DNA from: Candidatus Woesearchaeota archaeon
GTDB taxonomy: Archaea > Nanobdellota > Nanobdellia > Pacearchaeales > GW2011-AR1
Length of the DNA: 64,000 bases
Assembly (NCBI GenBank): GCA_964448605.1
Contig: CAYUZV010000004.1
Span: forward strand, 645-64,644
Reading direction: 5' to 3'
Part shown: positions 37,743 to 46,634 of the stretch, in pieces
Layout: every line of letters starts with the position of its first letter
Numbering within the stretch: position 1 is the stretch's first letter
The notes under the pieces: model-generated
Told to the model about the DNA's origin: nothing
What the model saw: the letters and a program-made list of their open reading frames with translations, nothing else
Database searches by the model: none
Made by a program: the position numbers and the translations under genes

Positions 37743-38282
37743 TCAATCCAACTTTCCAAAAACATTCCTATCAACTGCTTCAATTCTCGCTTTTATTGAA
37801 GCAATCTCACTCTCCCACTCCTGCAATTCAACCTCTTCCTGCTTTTTAATATCTTTAATTTTAACTAACAAATTCTCAATTTCATTAATTTTATTTTTAA
37901 TTTCATTAAAAGATTCAACAGTAGTTTCAAATTTATCCAACCTCACATAAATCGGCTCATTTCTTTTAACATAATTTTTTGTTTCAGGAGCTTCAATTCG
38001 AGAAGGTGTGCTGGGAGGCACAGAAACCTCTCTCTCTTCAGATTGCTCAAAATTCATAGGTTCTGCTCTTACAGGTTCAACAGGAGGATTCTGTCTAATA
38101 GTATTTTTAATTTCATTAGGATTAACCTCTCCACCAGGCAAAGCAGGTAAAGGACTCGTTTCAACATTGCCAACCTCTGGAAGATTCATATTTGATGCAC
38201 TCCCAAAAGAACCCGAACTACCTGGCAAATTAGGCAATCTCAATTCTTCTTCATTCTCATCTTCTTTTTTAAACCAACTCAT
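37743..38282 (-). CDS. protein with Pro-rich disordered N-terminal half and coiled-coil C-terminal half (179 aa), YVRLDKFE motif
   Basis: LPNLPGSSGSF...PALPGGEVNP..., then PIYVRLDKFETTVESFNEIKNKINEIENLL... Confidence 0.55.
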   Translation of the reverse strand: MSWFKKEDENEEELRLPNLPGSSGSFGSASNMNLPEVGNVETSPLPALPGGEVNPNEIKNTIRQNPPVEPVRAEPMNFEQSEEREVSVPPSTPSRIEAPETKNYVKRNEPIYVRLDKFETTVESFNEIKNKINEIENLLVKIKDIKKQEEVELQEWESEIASIKARIEAVDRNVFGKLD

Positions 38283-38300
38283 ATAACTTACAAGATTTCA

Positions 38301-38744
38301 CTACTTAAAAATCTTTTCAAACCTCTCTTCATAAAAATAAGACACCTTAAAACCCTCCCAAGAATCTCCAATTTTAATACTTAAATCAAAACTAACTCCT
38401 TCATCAGAAAACTCAACACTTTCAGAATCAACTTGCATCGCAACTTCTTTCAATTTCTCATTCAAAAATTCATCAGCAATATTATAATTTTCCAACTCCT
38501 CCTTAAATCTCAGAATAAACTCCTCCTCACCCTCAACTCCCCTAACACTCCTCTCCATTAAAAAATCAATATAAAAATTTAACTCATCCTCCTTTAAATA
38601 AACACTATCTAAAAAACTTGAATCCAAAATTTCATTCTCAACTTTTCCACTATGAGTAATAAAAACATAAATTGCAAAAAAACTCAAACCCAAAGCTAAA
38701 AAAACATAAATTCCAGTTGCAATCTGTCCTTTTTTCATTAACAT
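38301..38744 (-). CDS. prepilin-like protein (147 aa)
   Basis: MKKG|QIATGIYVFLALGLSFFAIYVFI. Its start overlaps the upstream stop (TAATG/ATGTTAA). Confidence 0.65.
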   Translation of the reverse strand: MLMKKGQIATGIYVFLALGLSFFAIYVFITHSGKVENEILDSSFLDSVYLKEDELNFYIDFLMERSVRGVEGEEEFILRFKEELENYNIADEFLNEKLKEVAMQVDSESVEFSDEGVSFDLSIKIGDSWEGFKVSYFYEERFEKIFK

Positions 38745-39343
38745 TTTTTTAATTGTTTAAATTTAATTTTAAAATTGTAACCCTTATAAAAAAAATCCAT
38801 ACTAACCTCATCACTCAATTCTCCATTCAAATTCCTAAAACTATCAGGAACAAAACCCTTTTCACTAATAACTCCTTGAGGAATCTTCAAATAAAATTTC
38901 TCACAATTAATAACTCCTGCAATTTGCCCTTCTAATATCTTCTTTTTTCTTTCCAACTCAACAATTCTATCTTTATCAAAACCTTCATTTTCAGCAATCA
39001 AAGGACTAATCTTATCCAACCCCTCAATTCCAAATTTTTCAATTAAACTCTCTCCATCAGCATAAGAAGATTTAATCTCAAAATATTCATCTAAGAAATC
39101 CAAAATAATATTTATCAATTTCTCATCATCTACTTCACTATTAAGAAATTTAACCAAATCATTTTTAACTTCTATTTTTTCAGAAATTAATTTTAAACTA
39201 TCTCTTCCTTCTCCTCCTAAAAACTCCATCTTCCCTCCGGCAATAGCAAGAGAACTGCTAACAAAAGCAACAGAAATTCCAAATATAATTATAAATGCAA
39301 CAAACTCTGTTAAAAAATCTCCAACAGAACCTTTAATGTTCAT
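38738..39343 (-). CDS. prepilin-like protein (201 aa)
   Basis: MNIKG|SVGDFLTEFVAFIIIFGISVAFV. ATGA overlap with the upstream gene. Confidence 0.65.
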   Translation of the reverse strand: MNIKGSVGDFLTEFVAFIIIFGISVAFVSSSLAIAGGKMEFLGGEGRDSLKLISEKIEVKNDLVKFLNSEVDDEKLINIILDFLDEYFEIKSSYADGESLIEKFGIEGLDKISPLIAENEGFDKDRIVELERKKKILEGQIAGVINCEKFYLKIPQGVISEKGFVPDSFRNLNGELSDEVSMDFFYKGYNFKIKFKQLKKC

Positions 39344-39762
39344 CCTAAACCTCCTGAAAAACCTTTCTGCCTAACACCCACCAAAATATCTAAATTCCCT
39401 TTTTCAACCAAGACACATTCAGGATAATTTTCAGCTTCACCAGAAAGAGAAATCAAACAATCTTTTTCAAAAGCATAATTCCCGCCCTTAAATTCCTGTG
39501 AGTCCACCCTAACCCTAAAAAATAAATTCCCTTTTTCAAAAGCACTTTTATCTAATCCACAATAAGAATAAACATCAATCTCACTTCCAGAATAATCCCT
39601 AAAACAATCAACCAATCTCTCTGCTAAAATTTCAGCATTTTCATAATCAATATTGACATCAGCATAATAAACAATAAGAACACTTCCTGCAACAGCACCT
39701 CCCACTACCAAAATTATAAAAATTCTCCATATTGTCAAAATCTTCTCACCCTTTCTATTCAT
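39340..39762 (-). CDS. prepilin-like protein (140 aa from Met8)
   Basis: MNRKG|EKILTIWRIFIILVVGGAVAG. ATGA overlap at 39759-39762. Confidence 0.6.
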   Translation of the reverse strand: MNRKGEKILTIWRIFIILVVGGAVAGSVLIVYYADVNIDYENAEILAERLVDCFRDYSGSEIDVYSYCGLDKSAFEKGNLFFRVRVDSQEFKGGNYAFEKDCLISLSGEAENYPECVLVEKGNLDILVGVRQKGFSGGLG

Positions 39763-40130
39763 TTTACAATCACACTCAACCAATTCTTATCCAGTTTCAA
39801 CTCAACATCATAACCTGAAAAATAAGGATAAGAATATCCATTATTTAATTTAACTTCAACTAAATTTTCAGCTTTATTTAAATAAAAAATATCGTCAGAA
39901 TTATCTCTTCTTGAAACAACATCACCAACCTCAATTAAAATAACTGTTTCTGGTTTTGCCTTGTTAATTATCAAAGCAATTTGTTTTGCATAGGTCATTT
40001 CATAAATTCCATCCCTCTCACCAGCACTAACCACGAAAACACCCATCATCACTATAAATGCCAAATAAAAAATTAAAAATATAGTTGTTCCCATTAACAA
40101 TCCTCTTTTGCTCATCAATCTCTTTTTCAT
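39759..40130 (-). CDS. prepilin-like protein (123 aa)
   Basis: ...SKRG|LLMGTTIFLIFYLAFIVMMGVFVV. Confidence 0.6.
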   Translation of the reverse strand: MKKRLMSKRGLLMGTTIFLIFYLAFIVMMGVFVVSAGERDGIYEMTYAKQIALIINKAKPETVILIEVGDVVSRRDNSDDIFYLNKAENLVEVKLNNGYSYPYFSGYDVELKLDKNWLSVIVK

Positions 40131-40167
40131 AAATACTTCAAGAATAACAAAGTTATAAATTTAACTT

Positions 40168-41106
40168 TTAAGCAATACTCTCAACCCTGCATTCCAAACC
40201 AGAAATCTTTCCATAATCCATAAACAAATTTACAGTAGCACTTGTATCATCTATTTCGCTAATTAAATTATCTCTTGCTTCATCACCTGCTTCTTTTCCT
40301 AAAACTCCTCCAACAAAACTTCCACCAACAAATCCAATAAAACCTCCTGCAAAACTTCCTGCAACAGGAACTATCGAACCAATTGAAGCACCAATATAAG
40401 CACCTGCAACACCTCCTGCTCCACCCCCTGCCACTCCAGAAATCCACACAGGAGCAGTTGACTTACTCAACTCCATATAAACAACTGCCTTTTCATCCAT
40501 ATCAAAAACATCATGCTTTTCATCATAACCTCTTGCATCCAAACCAGAAGTAACAAAATTCCAATAAGAAATCTCCTTTCCAGGAACTTTAGAAGTCATC
40601 ATATAATTCCCCAAACCTTTAATCTGCCCAACACTATTCTTCAAAGACTCATCAAAAGCAATTCTATAACAAATAACACACTTCCTATTTATATCACTTT
40701 GTAAATTAAAATCCTGTGAAAAAACATTCAAATCACCCTTACCCATTTTACTCCAACACTCTGCCTGTTTTCGTGAAAGAATCTCATTTATCTGAACCTT
40801 TATTTCAGCAATACTGCCACTAACTTTTTCAATTCCATAATCATCTCCTCTAAACTCCTCACACTCTCCTCCAATCCAATCATCACTAATACAAATTTTT
40901 TTTGTCTTACATTTCAATGGAATCAAATCCTTAGAATTAAAAATCTCAGGAACACTTGCTTTTTTACTAACAGATTCCTCACAAATAACATCATCAACAT
41001 CAACAGAATTCTCAAATCTCAAAAACAAAAACAAAAGAATCCCAAATGCAACTAAAATCAAAACCAATCCAATAACTACAGATGATGTCAAACCCTTCTT
41101 TTCCAT
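40168..41106 (-). CDS. prepilin-like protein (312 aa) with Cys-containing globular domain and C-terminal Gly-zipper segment
   Basis: MEKKG|LTSSVVIGLVLILVAFGILLF, and a C-terminal GVAGGGAGGVAGAYIGASIGSIVPVAGSFAGGFIGFVGG. Confidence 0.65.
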   Translation of the reverse strand: MEKKGLTSSVVIGLVLILVAFGILLFLFLRFENSVDVDDVICEESVSKKASVPEIFNSKDLIPLKCKTKKICISDDWIGGECEEFRGDDYGIEKVSGSIAEIKVQINEILSRKQAECWSKMGKGDLNVFSQDFNLQSDINRKCVICYRIAFDESLKNSVGQIKGLGNYMMTSKVPGKEISYWNFVTSGLDARGYDEKHDVFDMDEKAVVYMELSKSTAPVWISGVAGGGAGGVAGAYIGASIGSIVPVAGSFAGGFIGFVGGSFVGGVLGKEAGDEARDNLISEIDDTSATVNLFMDYGKISGLECRVESIA

Positions 41107-41107
41107 T

Positions 41108-41203
41108 TTAAAAACCCATCAACCTATTTACAATAAAATACAATCCACTAAATAAAACTACTGCTAAAACCATCCACAAAACATACTTAATCAACTTATC
41201 CAT
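41108..41203 (-). CDS. possible 31-aa single-TM peptide (below cutoff)
   Basis: Hand translation: MDKLIKYVLWMVLAVVLFSGLYFIVNRLMGF. Its stop lies 1 nt before the downstream ATG. Confidence 0.3.
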   Translation of the reverse strand: MDKLIKYVLWMVLAVVLFSGLYFIVNRLMGF

Positions 41204-41223
41204 CTGTGCTTTTTTCAAATCTT

Positions 41224-41724
41224 TCATTTTTCACGAATAATCACCTCATTATTCTTTTTAAAAATATCAAATTCCTCTACTCCATCTATTCCTAAAAAAT
41301 TCTCATTTCCTTCATCATCAATTGTAACTCCCTTAAAATTCAACCCCTTGCAAACTCCATACTTATTACACTCTCTTAATTCTCTTTCCCAAGCTAAAGA
41401 AAAACCAAACAAACCAACTGAAGGACACATGCACAAACAATAACTGCTCCTGCATTGTTGAGGTTTCTGATAAGTATTTTTATTAGGCCAAACCTCCAAC
41501 ATCCAACCAGAAGGTGACTCAATTATAATCTCTTTTTCATCTCCCTCTTCAATCTCTTCAATAAATCCATAAACACTCTCTAAACTAACCTCCGCTTGTT
41601 TAGATTTTGTATCATTAAGATAAATCATACTTAATTGATAAGCAAGTATAAAAAGAATTATCAAAACAACGATTCCTAAAAAAACCTTCACAAGCTCGCT
41701 CATCATAAATTCACCTTTGCTCAT
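41224..41724 (-). CDS. prepilin-like protein (166 aa)
   Basis: MSKG|EFMMSELVKVFLGIVVLIILFILAY, with 6 Cys in the globular part. Confidence 0.6.
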   Translation of the reverse strand: MSKGEFMMSELVKVFLGIVVLIILFILAYQLSMIYLNDTKSKQAEVSLESVYGFIEEIEEGDEKEIIIESPSGWMLEVWPNKNTYQKPQQCRSSYCLCMCPSVGLFGFSLAWERELRECNKYGVCKGLNFKGVTIDDEGNENFLGIDGVEEFDIFKKNNEVIIREK

Positions 41725-42250
41725 TTTTAATCACCTCGCATAAATCATAAACCTGTTCACCAGATTCATATTCAAATTTCTTTTCTTTATTATTTTGAAT
41801 AATATAAACCGAAGCTCCTGAAAACCAACCACCTTCTTCATTTTTTAAAACCCTTTTAATAATCTCTCTTAATCCAATTTCACAACTTTCTCCTTTTAAT
41901 CCTAAAATAAAATCCCTGTCTTTTTCATTTAACTTCTTAAAATTATCTGCATTTACTTCTCCAACACCAAACCATTTTGTCCCATCAGACCACATCCACC
42001 CCTCCTTAAATGCAAAATACAAATAAGGAGTTCCCCAAACTCCATCATCAAATTTAAAATAAGGAATTTCAGAATTTCCATCATAAATATCTAAACCTAT
42101 CTTTTCATCACTCTGAATAAAATCTGGAAAAAAATCCGGCAAATCCAAAATACCAAATCCTGCAAACAAAACAACAATAACAACAATAATCCCTATAGCA
42201 AGTGCTACTATATAACTCATACTCATCTCCCTAGCACCTCTGCGATTCAT
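41711..42250 (-). CDS. prepilin-like protein (179 aa from Met7)
   Basis: MNRRG|AREMSMSYIVALAIGIIVVIVVLFAGF. Confidence 0.55.
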   Translation of the reverse strand: MNRRGAREMSMSYIVALAIGIIVVIVVLFAGFGILDLPDFFPDFIQSDEKIGLDIYDGNSEIPYFKFDDGVWGTPYLYFAFKEGWMWSDGTKWFGVGEVNADNFKKLNEKDRDFILGLKGESCEIGLREIIKRVLKNEEGGWFSGASVYIIQNNKEKKFEYESGEQVYDLCEVIKNEQR

Positions 42251-42251
42251 C

Positions 42252-42410
42252 TTAAACTCCAAAATCAAATAAATTTTTTATAAAATTTTCAGCACCAAAA
42301 AGCTTACCACCAAGCCCCATATAAACTCCGACCACTACAATCACTAAAATACCAACTCCAATAATCCACTTCAAAAGTTCATCAATCCCTATCCTGCCTT
42401 TCTTTAACAT
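42252..42410 (-). CDS. short prepilin-like protein (52 aa, below cutoff)
   Basis: Hand translation: MLKKG|RIGIDELLKWIIGVGILVIVVVGVYMGLGGKLFGAENFIKNLFDFGV. ATGTTAA overlap with the upstream stop. Confidence 0.5.
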   Translation of the reverse strand: MLKKGRIGIDELLKWIIGVGILVIVVVGVYMGLGGKLFGAENFIKNLFDFGV

Positions 42411-42736
42411 TCTACACTCCTGCAATCCAAAAATTTAATTCTATCATTAATATAATCTTCATCCCTCAACAAATAACAACTAACAGAAAAATCCTCTCCC
42501 TTAACCTTCACCTTCCGAAGCTCACAACAATAAGAATATTCTTGTTCAGTATCAACCAAAATATTACACTCTTGAACAACTGAATCAACATTGCTATTTG
42601 AAAAATAACTTGAAATAAAATCCATAAAACCCGAACTTCCTATTAAAAAAAATGTAACTAAAAAAATCAGCACAACTAAAGCAAGAATCATCACAACAAC
42701 ATTATTCCAAACCAATTGCATACCTCTTTTATCCAT
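42404..42736 (-). CDS. prepilin-like protein (110 aa)
   Basis: MDKRG|MQLVWNNVVVMILALVVLIFLVTFFLI, with 5 Cys in the C-terminal part. Confidence 0.6.
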   Translation of the reverse strand: MDKRGMQLVWNNVVVMILALVVLIFLVTFFLIGSSGFMDFISSYFSNSNVDSVVQECNILVDTEQEYSYCCELRKVKVKGEDFSVSCYLLRDEDYINDRIKFLDCRSVEC

Positions 42737-42796
42737 AAACTAAATAAAAAACAAGACTTAATAAAAGTTCTGATTAAACACTATCAGCAATCCCTA

Positions 42797-44944
42797 CTAA
42801 CCCAACCCTCCCAGTGCCACCTCCACCATCAAACCAAGTGCAATAATACTCACAAGAGCAGTAATCAAATAAAGCAAACAACCTCTAAACAAATTCTTAG
42901 ATAATTCATTTGTCTGTTTTAATTTATCTGAACCAGAATCAATTGTAACCAAAGTTCCAGTTAAAATAAAAATTATCTGAACAATATAAATTCCAATTGC
43001 AATCTGAAGGTAATAAGGTGGAACCATATTCAAAATATTAAACAAATCAACAACACTTCCAATTGTCCCAAAACCTCCTAACCCTACATCTCCCTGCCCC
43101 ATTTCAGACAAAATATTTAACCTACCCAAAATTCCAGTAATCATTCCAGACAAACCAACAACAATTCCAGCCAAAAGAGGAGCTAAAAAAACCATATTAC
43201 TCTTCATATCACTTGAAACATCAGCAAGTAAATCCTTCAACCTCTGATTAATCTTATTCATATTTCCAACATATTCAGAAATACTTCTCAAACTATCAGC
43301 AGCAACTTTCAAACCCTTTTTAACAGATTCAATCAAAATCCTCATAGAACTTGCAATCATATCTGAAGGAAAATAAAGAATAGCTCCTCTATTCGGATTA
43401 AAAATCGCCTGTTCAAGCCCCATTCCCATTGAATGAATATTCGTGCTCACAATTCTAAAAAACTCCTCTGTTTTCTGCCCTTTTGTAGTCTGCGAAATCT
43501 TTGAAAAAGCAATTTCAGCAGGAGTCCGATTTTCTAAAATATTCGCTAAACTAAACAAACTACTATTAAACTCTCTCTCCAACTGCCGAGTATCATTTCG
43601 AGATTTAATTAATTTTTTTGTTTTCATAGAATAACTTAAAGAAAAAAACATAGCAACAGAAAAAGGAACAAACAAACTTAAAATCAAAGCACCTAAACCA
43701 AAAGGCCCTTTTCCCTCCTGAAACCCAAAAACCTCTCCCCCTAAAAACTCCAAACTATAATCAACACCAAGATAACCAAACAACAAAGGTGAAAATCCAA
43801 TTAACAAAAAAGGCAAACAAATCAAACCTGTAATAAAATAAGCCCTATTAGATTTATACTGTGAATAAAAAGGATTTCTCTCAATAAAACCACTTTCACC
43901 ATAACCTCCTGGTCTTTTTAACATAATCTGCGAAGTCATATAAAATACAAAAAAAGGAATAATCAAATTAAAAAAAACAAAAATATGAATTGATTTTATC
44001 AATCCCCCTAACAATGTTGAAGCCAAAGGCAAAAGTGCAAGTCCAAGAGTAGGAAGAATAATTCCAAGCATATAAACATTAAACAAAGGAGATTTAATTG
44101 AATGAGTATATTTCAACATCCTGTCATAAACCCCATCAAGAATAACTTTCAAAGCCCTTTCCAAAATCTGAATCCTCCGGGCATTATTAGGTTCAAACAA
44201 ACTACTCTCAATCAAATGAAAACTCTCAATAAACTCCAGATTACTATCTCTCCAAAACTCAAGATAATTATCAAGACTATCCTTAATATTTGAAAACTTC
44301 CCTGTCTCAACATCCCACAAAACCTTTCTAAAATCAAGAGAAAGTGGTGCCTCAATATTCTGACTCACAAAATTAATCGCTCTCTCTAAATTACTAGTAT
44401 GTTTCATATAAATCACAGCATAAAGAATAGCAGGAACCATCTGACTGCTTGCTTTCAGTTTCCACTTCACAGCCAACCTTGAAGGCATTGTATAAAAATA
44501 ATAAAAAACAAAAATTCCAGATACAAAAAATAAAAACAAAAAAATAAAAGGAAAACTCCCTCCAAAAAACCAAATAATCAAACTTGCCAAAATTCCAATT
44601 AAAAAAATCATTAAAGAACTAAAAACAGCCAAACCCCCCACTCCTGCAGGAGAAACATCAAGATGCGCAACCTCAATACTTTTATTCAATTTAATATTAT
44701 CCTTAGCAGAAAACTTAATCTTGATTATATTTCCAAAACTCTTAACCCATTTTTCATATCTTGAAACCTCTGGCATCATATCACTTTTAAACTGCTCATA
44801 TTCCTGAGAATCAAAATTACTCTTAACATCTGCAGATGTTTTAACCTGTTCACCAAGTTTCCGAGAGTATTTCGACAAAATTTGATTTATATCCATTTTC
44901 CTCTTTTTGAGAACTTTACTAATTTGATTTTCCAAGGACTTCAA
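42797..44944 (-). CDS. type IV pilus/archaellum platform protein, T2SS-F (PilC/TadC/ArlJ-like), 715 aa
   Basis: Polytopic, with two repeats of a cytoplasmic helical bundle plus TM block. Examples: NLERAINFVSQNIEAPLSLDFRKVLWDVETG and GMGLEQAIFNPNRGAILYFPSDMIASSMRILIESVKKG. Confidence 0.7.
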   Translation of the reverse strand: MKSLENQISKVLKKRKMDINQILSKYSRKLGEQVKTSADVKSNFDSQEYEQFKSDMMPEVSRYEKWVKSFGNIIKIKFSAKDNIKLNKSIEVAHLDVSPAGVGGLAVFSSLMIFLIGILASLIIWFFGGSFPFIFLFLFFVSGIFVFYYFYTMPSRLAVKWKLKASSQMVPAILYAVIYMKHTSNLERAINFVSQNIEAPLSLDFRKVLWDVETGKFSNIKDSLDNYLEFWRDSNLEFIESFHLIESSLFEPNNARRIQILERALKVILDGVYDRMLKYTHSIKSPLFNVYMLGIILPTLGLALLPLASTLLGGLIKSIHIFVFFNLIIPFFVFYMTSQIMLKRPGGYGESGFIERNPFYSQYKSNRAYFITGLICLPFLLIGFSPLLFGYLGVDYSLEFLGGEVFGFQEGKGPFGLGALILSLFVPFSVAMFFSLSYSMKTKKLIKSRNDTRQLEREFNSSLFSLANILENRTPAEIAFSKISQTTKGQKTEEFFRIVSTNIHSMGMGLEQAIFNPNRGAILYFPSDMIASSMRILIESVKKGLKVAADSLRSISEYVGNMNKINQRLKDLLADVSSDMKSNMVFLAPLLAGIVVGLSGMITGILGRLNILSEMGQGDVGLGGFGTIGSVVDLFNILNMVPPYYLQIAIGIYIVQIIFILTGTLVTIDSGSDKLKQTNELSKNLFRGCLLYLITALVSIIALGLMVEVALGGLG

Positions 44945-45037
44945 CCTTGTTGAAGGATCAGGAATACAATTCCTAGAGGAATTGATGCAAAGTTCTTTTC
45001 ATCTGTAATAAAAAGAAAACTCAATTAATAAAACTTC

Positions 45038-45517
45038 TTATAAAACACATTCATCTTCAACTCTCTTATAATTATTCAATTCATCAACAGAAAACCATAA
45101 TGCAATCTCTTCCTGAGCCTCTTCTAAACTTCCAGAAGCATGAATCAAATTACCTACTGATTTTTTCATTGAATCAGCACGTTCAAAAGAAATATGTGCA
45201 AAATCTCCCCTTATGGTTCCAACAGGTGCCGACTTTGGCTCTGTCCCTCCAACAATCTTCCTTACATTTTCAACAGCAGAGGAACCTTCAATAACCATAG
45301 CAACAACAGGGCTCGAAGTTATATATTTTTCAAGTGCTTCGTAAAACTCCTTATCAAGATGAACAGCATAATGTTTTTTTGAAAAATCTTCGTCAATCTG
45401 AGTTAGTTTCAATCCCACAATCTTCAAACCTCTTTGCTCAAATCTCCTTATAATCTCGCCTACAAGACCTCTTTTTACTCCATCCGGCTTTACTAAAACT
45501 AAAGTTTGTTGTATCAT
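45038..45517 (-). CDS. ndk: nucleoside diphosphate kinase
   Basis: QTLVLVKPDGVKRGLVGEII.RFE.RGLKIVGLK, TIRGDFA, NLIHASGS. Confidence 0.92.
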   Translation of the reverse strand: MIQQTLVLVKPDGVKRGLVGEIIRRFEQRGLKIVGLKLTQIDEDFSKKHYAVHLDKEFYEALEKYITSSPVVAMVIEGSSAVENVRKIVGGTEPKSAPVGTIRGDFAHISFERADSMKKSVGNLIHASGSLEEAQEEIALWFSVDELNNYKRVEDECVL

Positions 45518-46284
45518 TTTTTATCCTCTTTCTTTTTAAATTCACCTTCAGCCTCCTCAATCTCTACCCTCTCTTCAGCTTCAATCTCCTCCTCTTTCTC
45601 AACAGCTTCCTCCTGAACTTTCTTCATCTCTTCTTCTGCCTTTTTCTTTTTCTCTTCTTCAATTTCTCTCAATTGATCAATGCCCTCTAAAACATCTTCC
45701 TTTTCTTCAACCTTAATTTCAGGAATCTCATCCTTCTCCAAAGGTCTGACAATTTCCAAAATTCTTATTTCACAAAAAGACAAAGGATATGTCTTCTTCA
45801 AACTTAATGAAAGAGGTTTCTGCATTTTATTTGAAAAAACCTCTCCAAAAACCTCAGAATCCTTTTTTCCAGAAATATAATCTTCAAGCCAATTACGAGC
45901 CTTATTACGAAGAGTTTTCCGAACAGCTCTTGAAACCTTTTTCCGAGTAATCAAAAACGGCTTCACTTTCAAAAGACTCTCTTGACTTTTAGCTTCAAAA
46001 GAATCTTCAACATAACTAATATTTTTTCTCATTATCCTCCGAATAAAATAAGGCATCAACCTAAGTTTAACTGGATATGCCTTGACTTCTTCCTCTTCCT
46101 TCTCCACCTTAATAACAACCTCTGTACTCTTTCCCTTTAACTGCCGTGTCAAATCAAACTTAATCCTCCGACCATCAACCTCATCAACAGAAGAACCAAC
46201 CAATTCAACAGTTTGATTTACCAATGGAATTTCAACTGGAAAAAACTTCCTTCTTCTTGTCACAACCTTTGTCTGTTTTGCCAT
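45514..46284 (-). CDS. rps3ae: 30S ribosomal protein S3Ae (eS1) with ~70-aa Glu/Lys-rich C-terminal extension
   Basis: KFFPVEIPLVNQTVELVG...GRRIKFDLTRQLKGK...LRLMPYFIRR. ATGA overlap with ndk. Confidence 0.9.
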   Translation of the reverse strand: MAKQTKVVTRRRKFFPVEIPLVNQTVELVGSSVDEVDGRRIKFDLTRQLKGKSTEVVIKVEKEEEEVKAYPVKLRLMPYFIRRIMRKNISYVEDSFEAKSQESLLKVKPFLITRKKVSRAVRKTLRNKARNWLEDYISGKKDSEVFGEVFSNKMQKPLSLSLKKTYPLSFCEIRILEIVRPLEKDEIPEIKVEEKEDVLEGIDQLREIEEEKKKKAEEEMKKVQEEAVEKEEEIEAEERVEIEEAEGEFKKKEDKK

Positions 46285-46285
46285 T

Positions 46286-46633
46286 TTAAAATATTATTTC
46301 TCCTCTAATATCACCTTCTAAATATATTTCAGAACAAGAACTTTCTCCAAGATTACAAGGACAATAATTTAACTCGATTCCTCTTTCACTATCCTGTGCA
46401 GACAATCCTTCACTTTCTAAAAATTGATAAATTTTCATAGCTTCTTTTTCAATTTGAGGATTCATACTAAAACCTCCTCCATAAGTTAAAGTTAACATTG
46501 ATACATCACCTGAACGAGACATAATTCTTGATGAAAATAATAGTGAATTTAATTCTAATAATTTATCACTTCCTATCTTCAGCATCCTATCAGACAAATT
46601 TACCAATACTTCTATTTTTTCTCCTTCTCCCAT
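46286..46633 (-). CDS. hypothetical protein (115 aa) in the slot after L44e
   Basis: Clean ORF 1 nt after the L44e stop. One CPC...C cluster. Does not look like S27e. Confidence 0.5.
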   Translation of the reverse strand: MGEGEKIEVLVNLSDRMLKIGSDKLLELNSLLFSSRIMSRSGDVSMLTLTYGGGFSMNPQIEKEAMKIYQFLESEGLSAQDSERGIELNYCPCNLGESSCSEIYLEGDIRGEIIF

Positions 46634-46634
46634 C

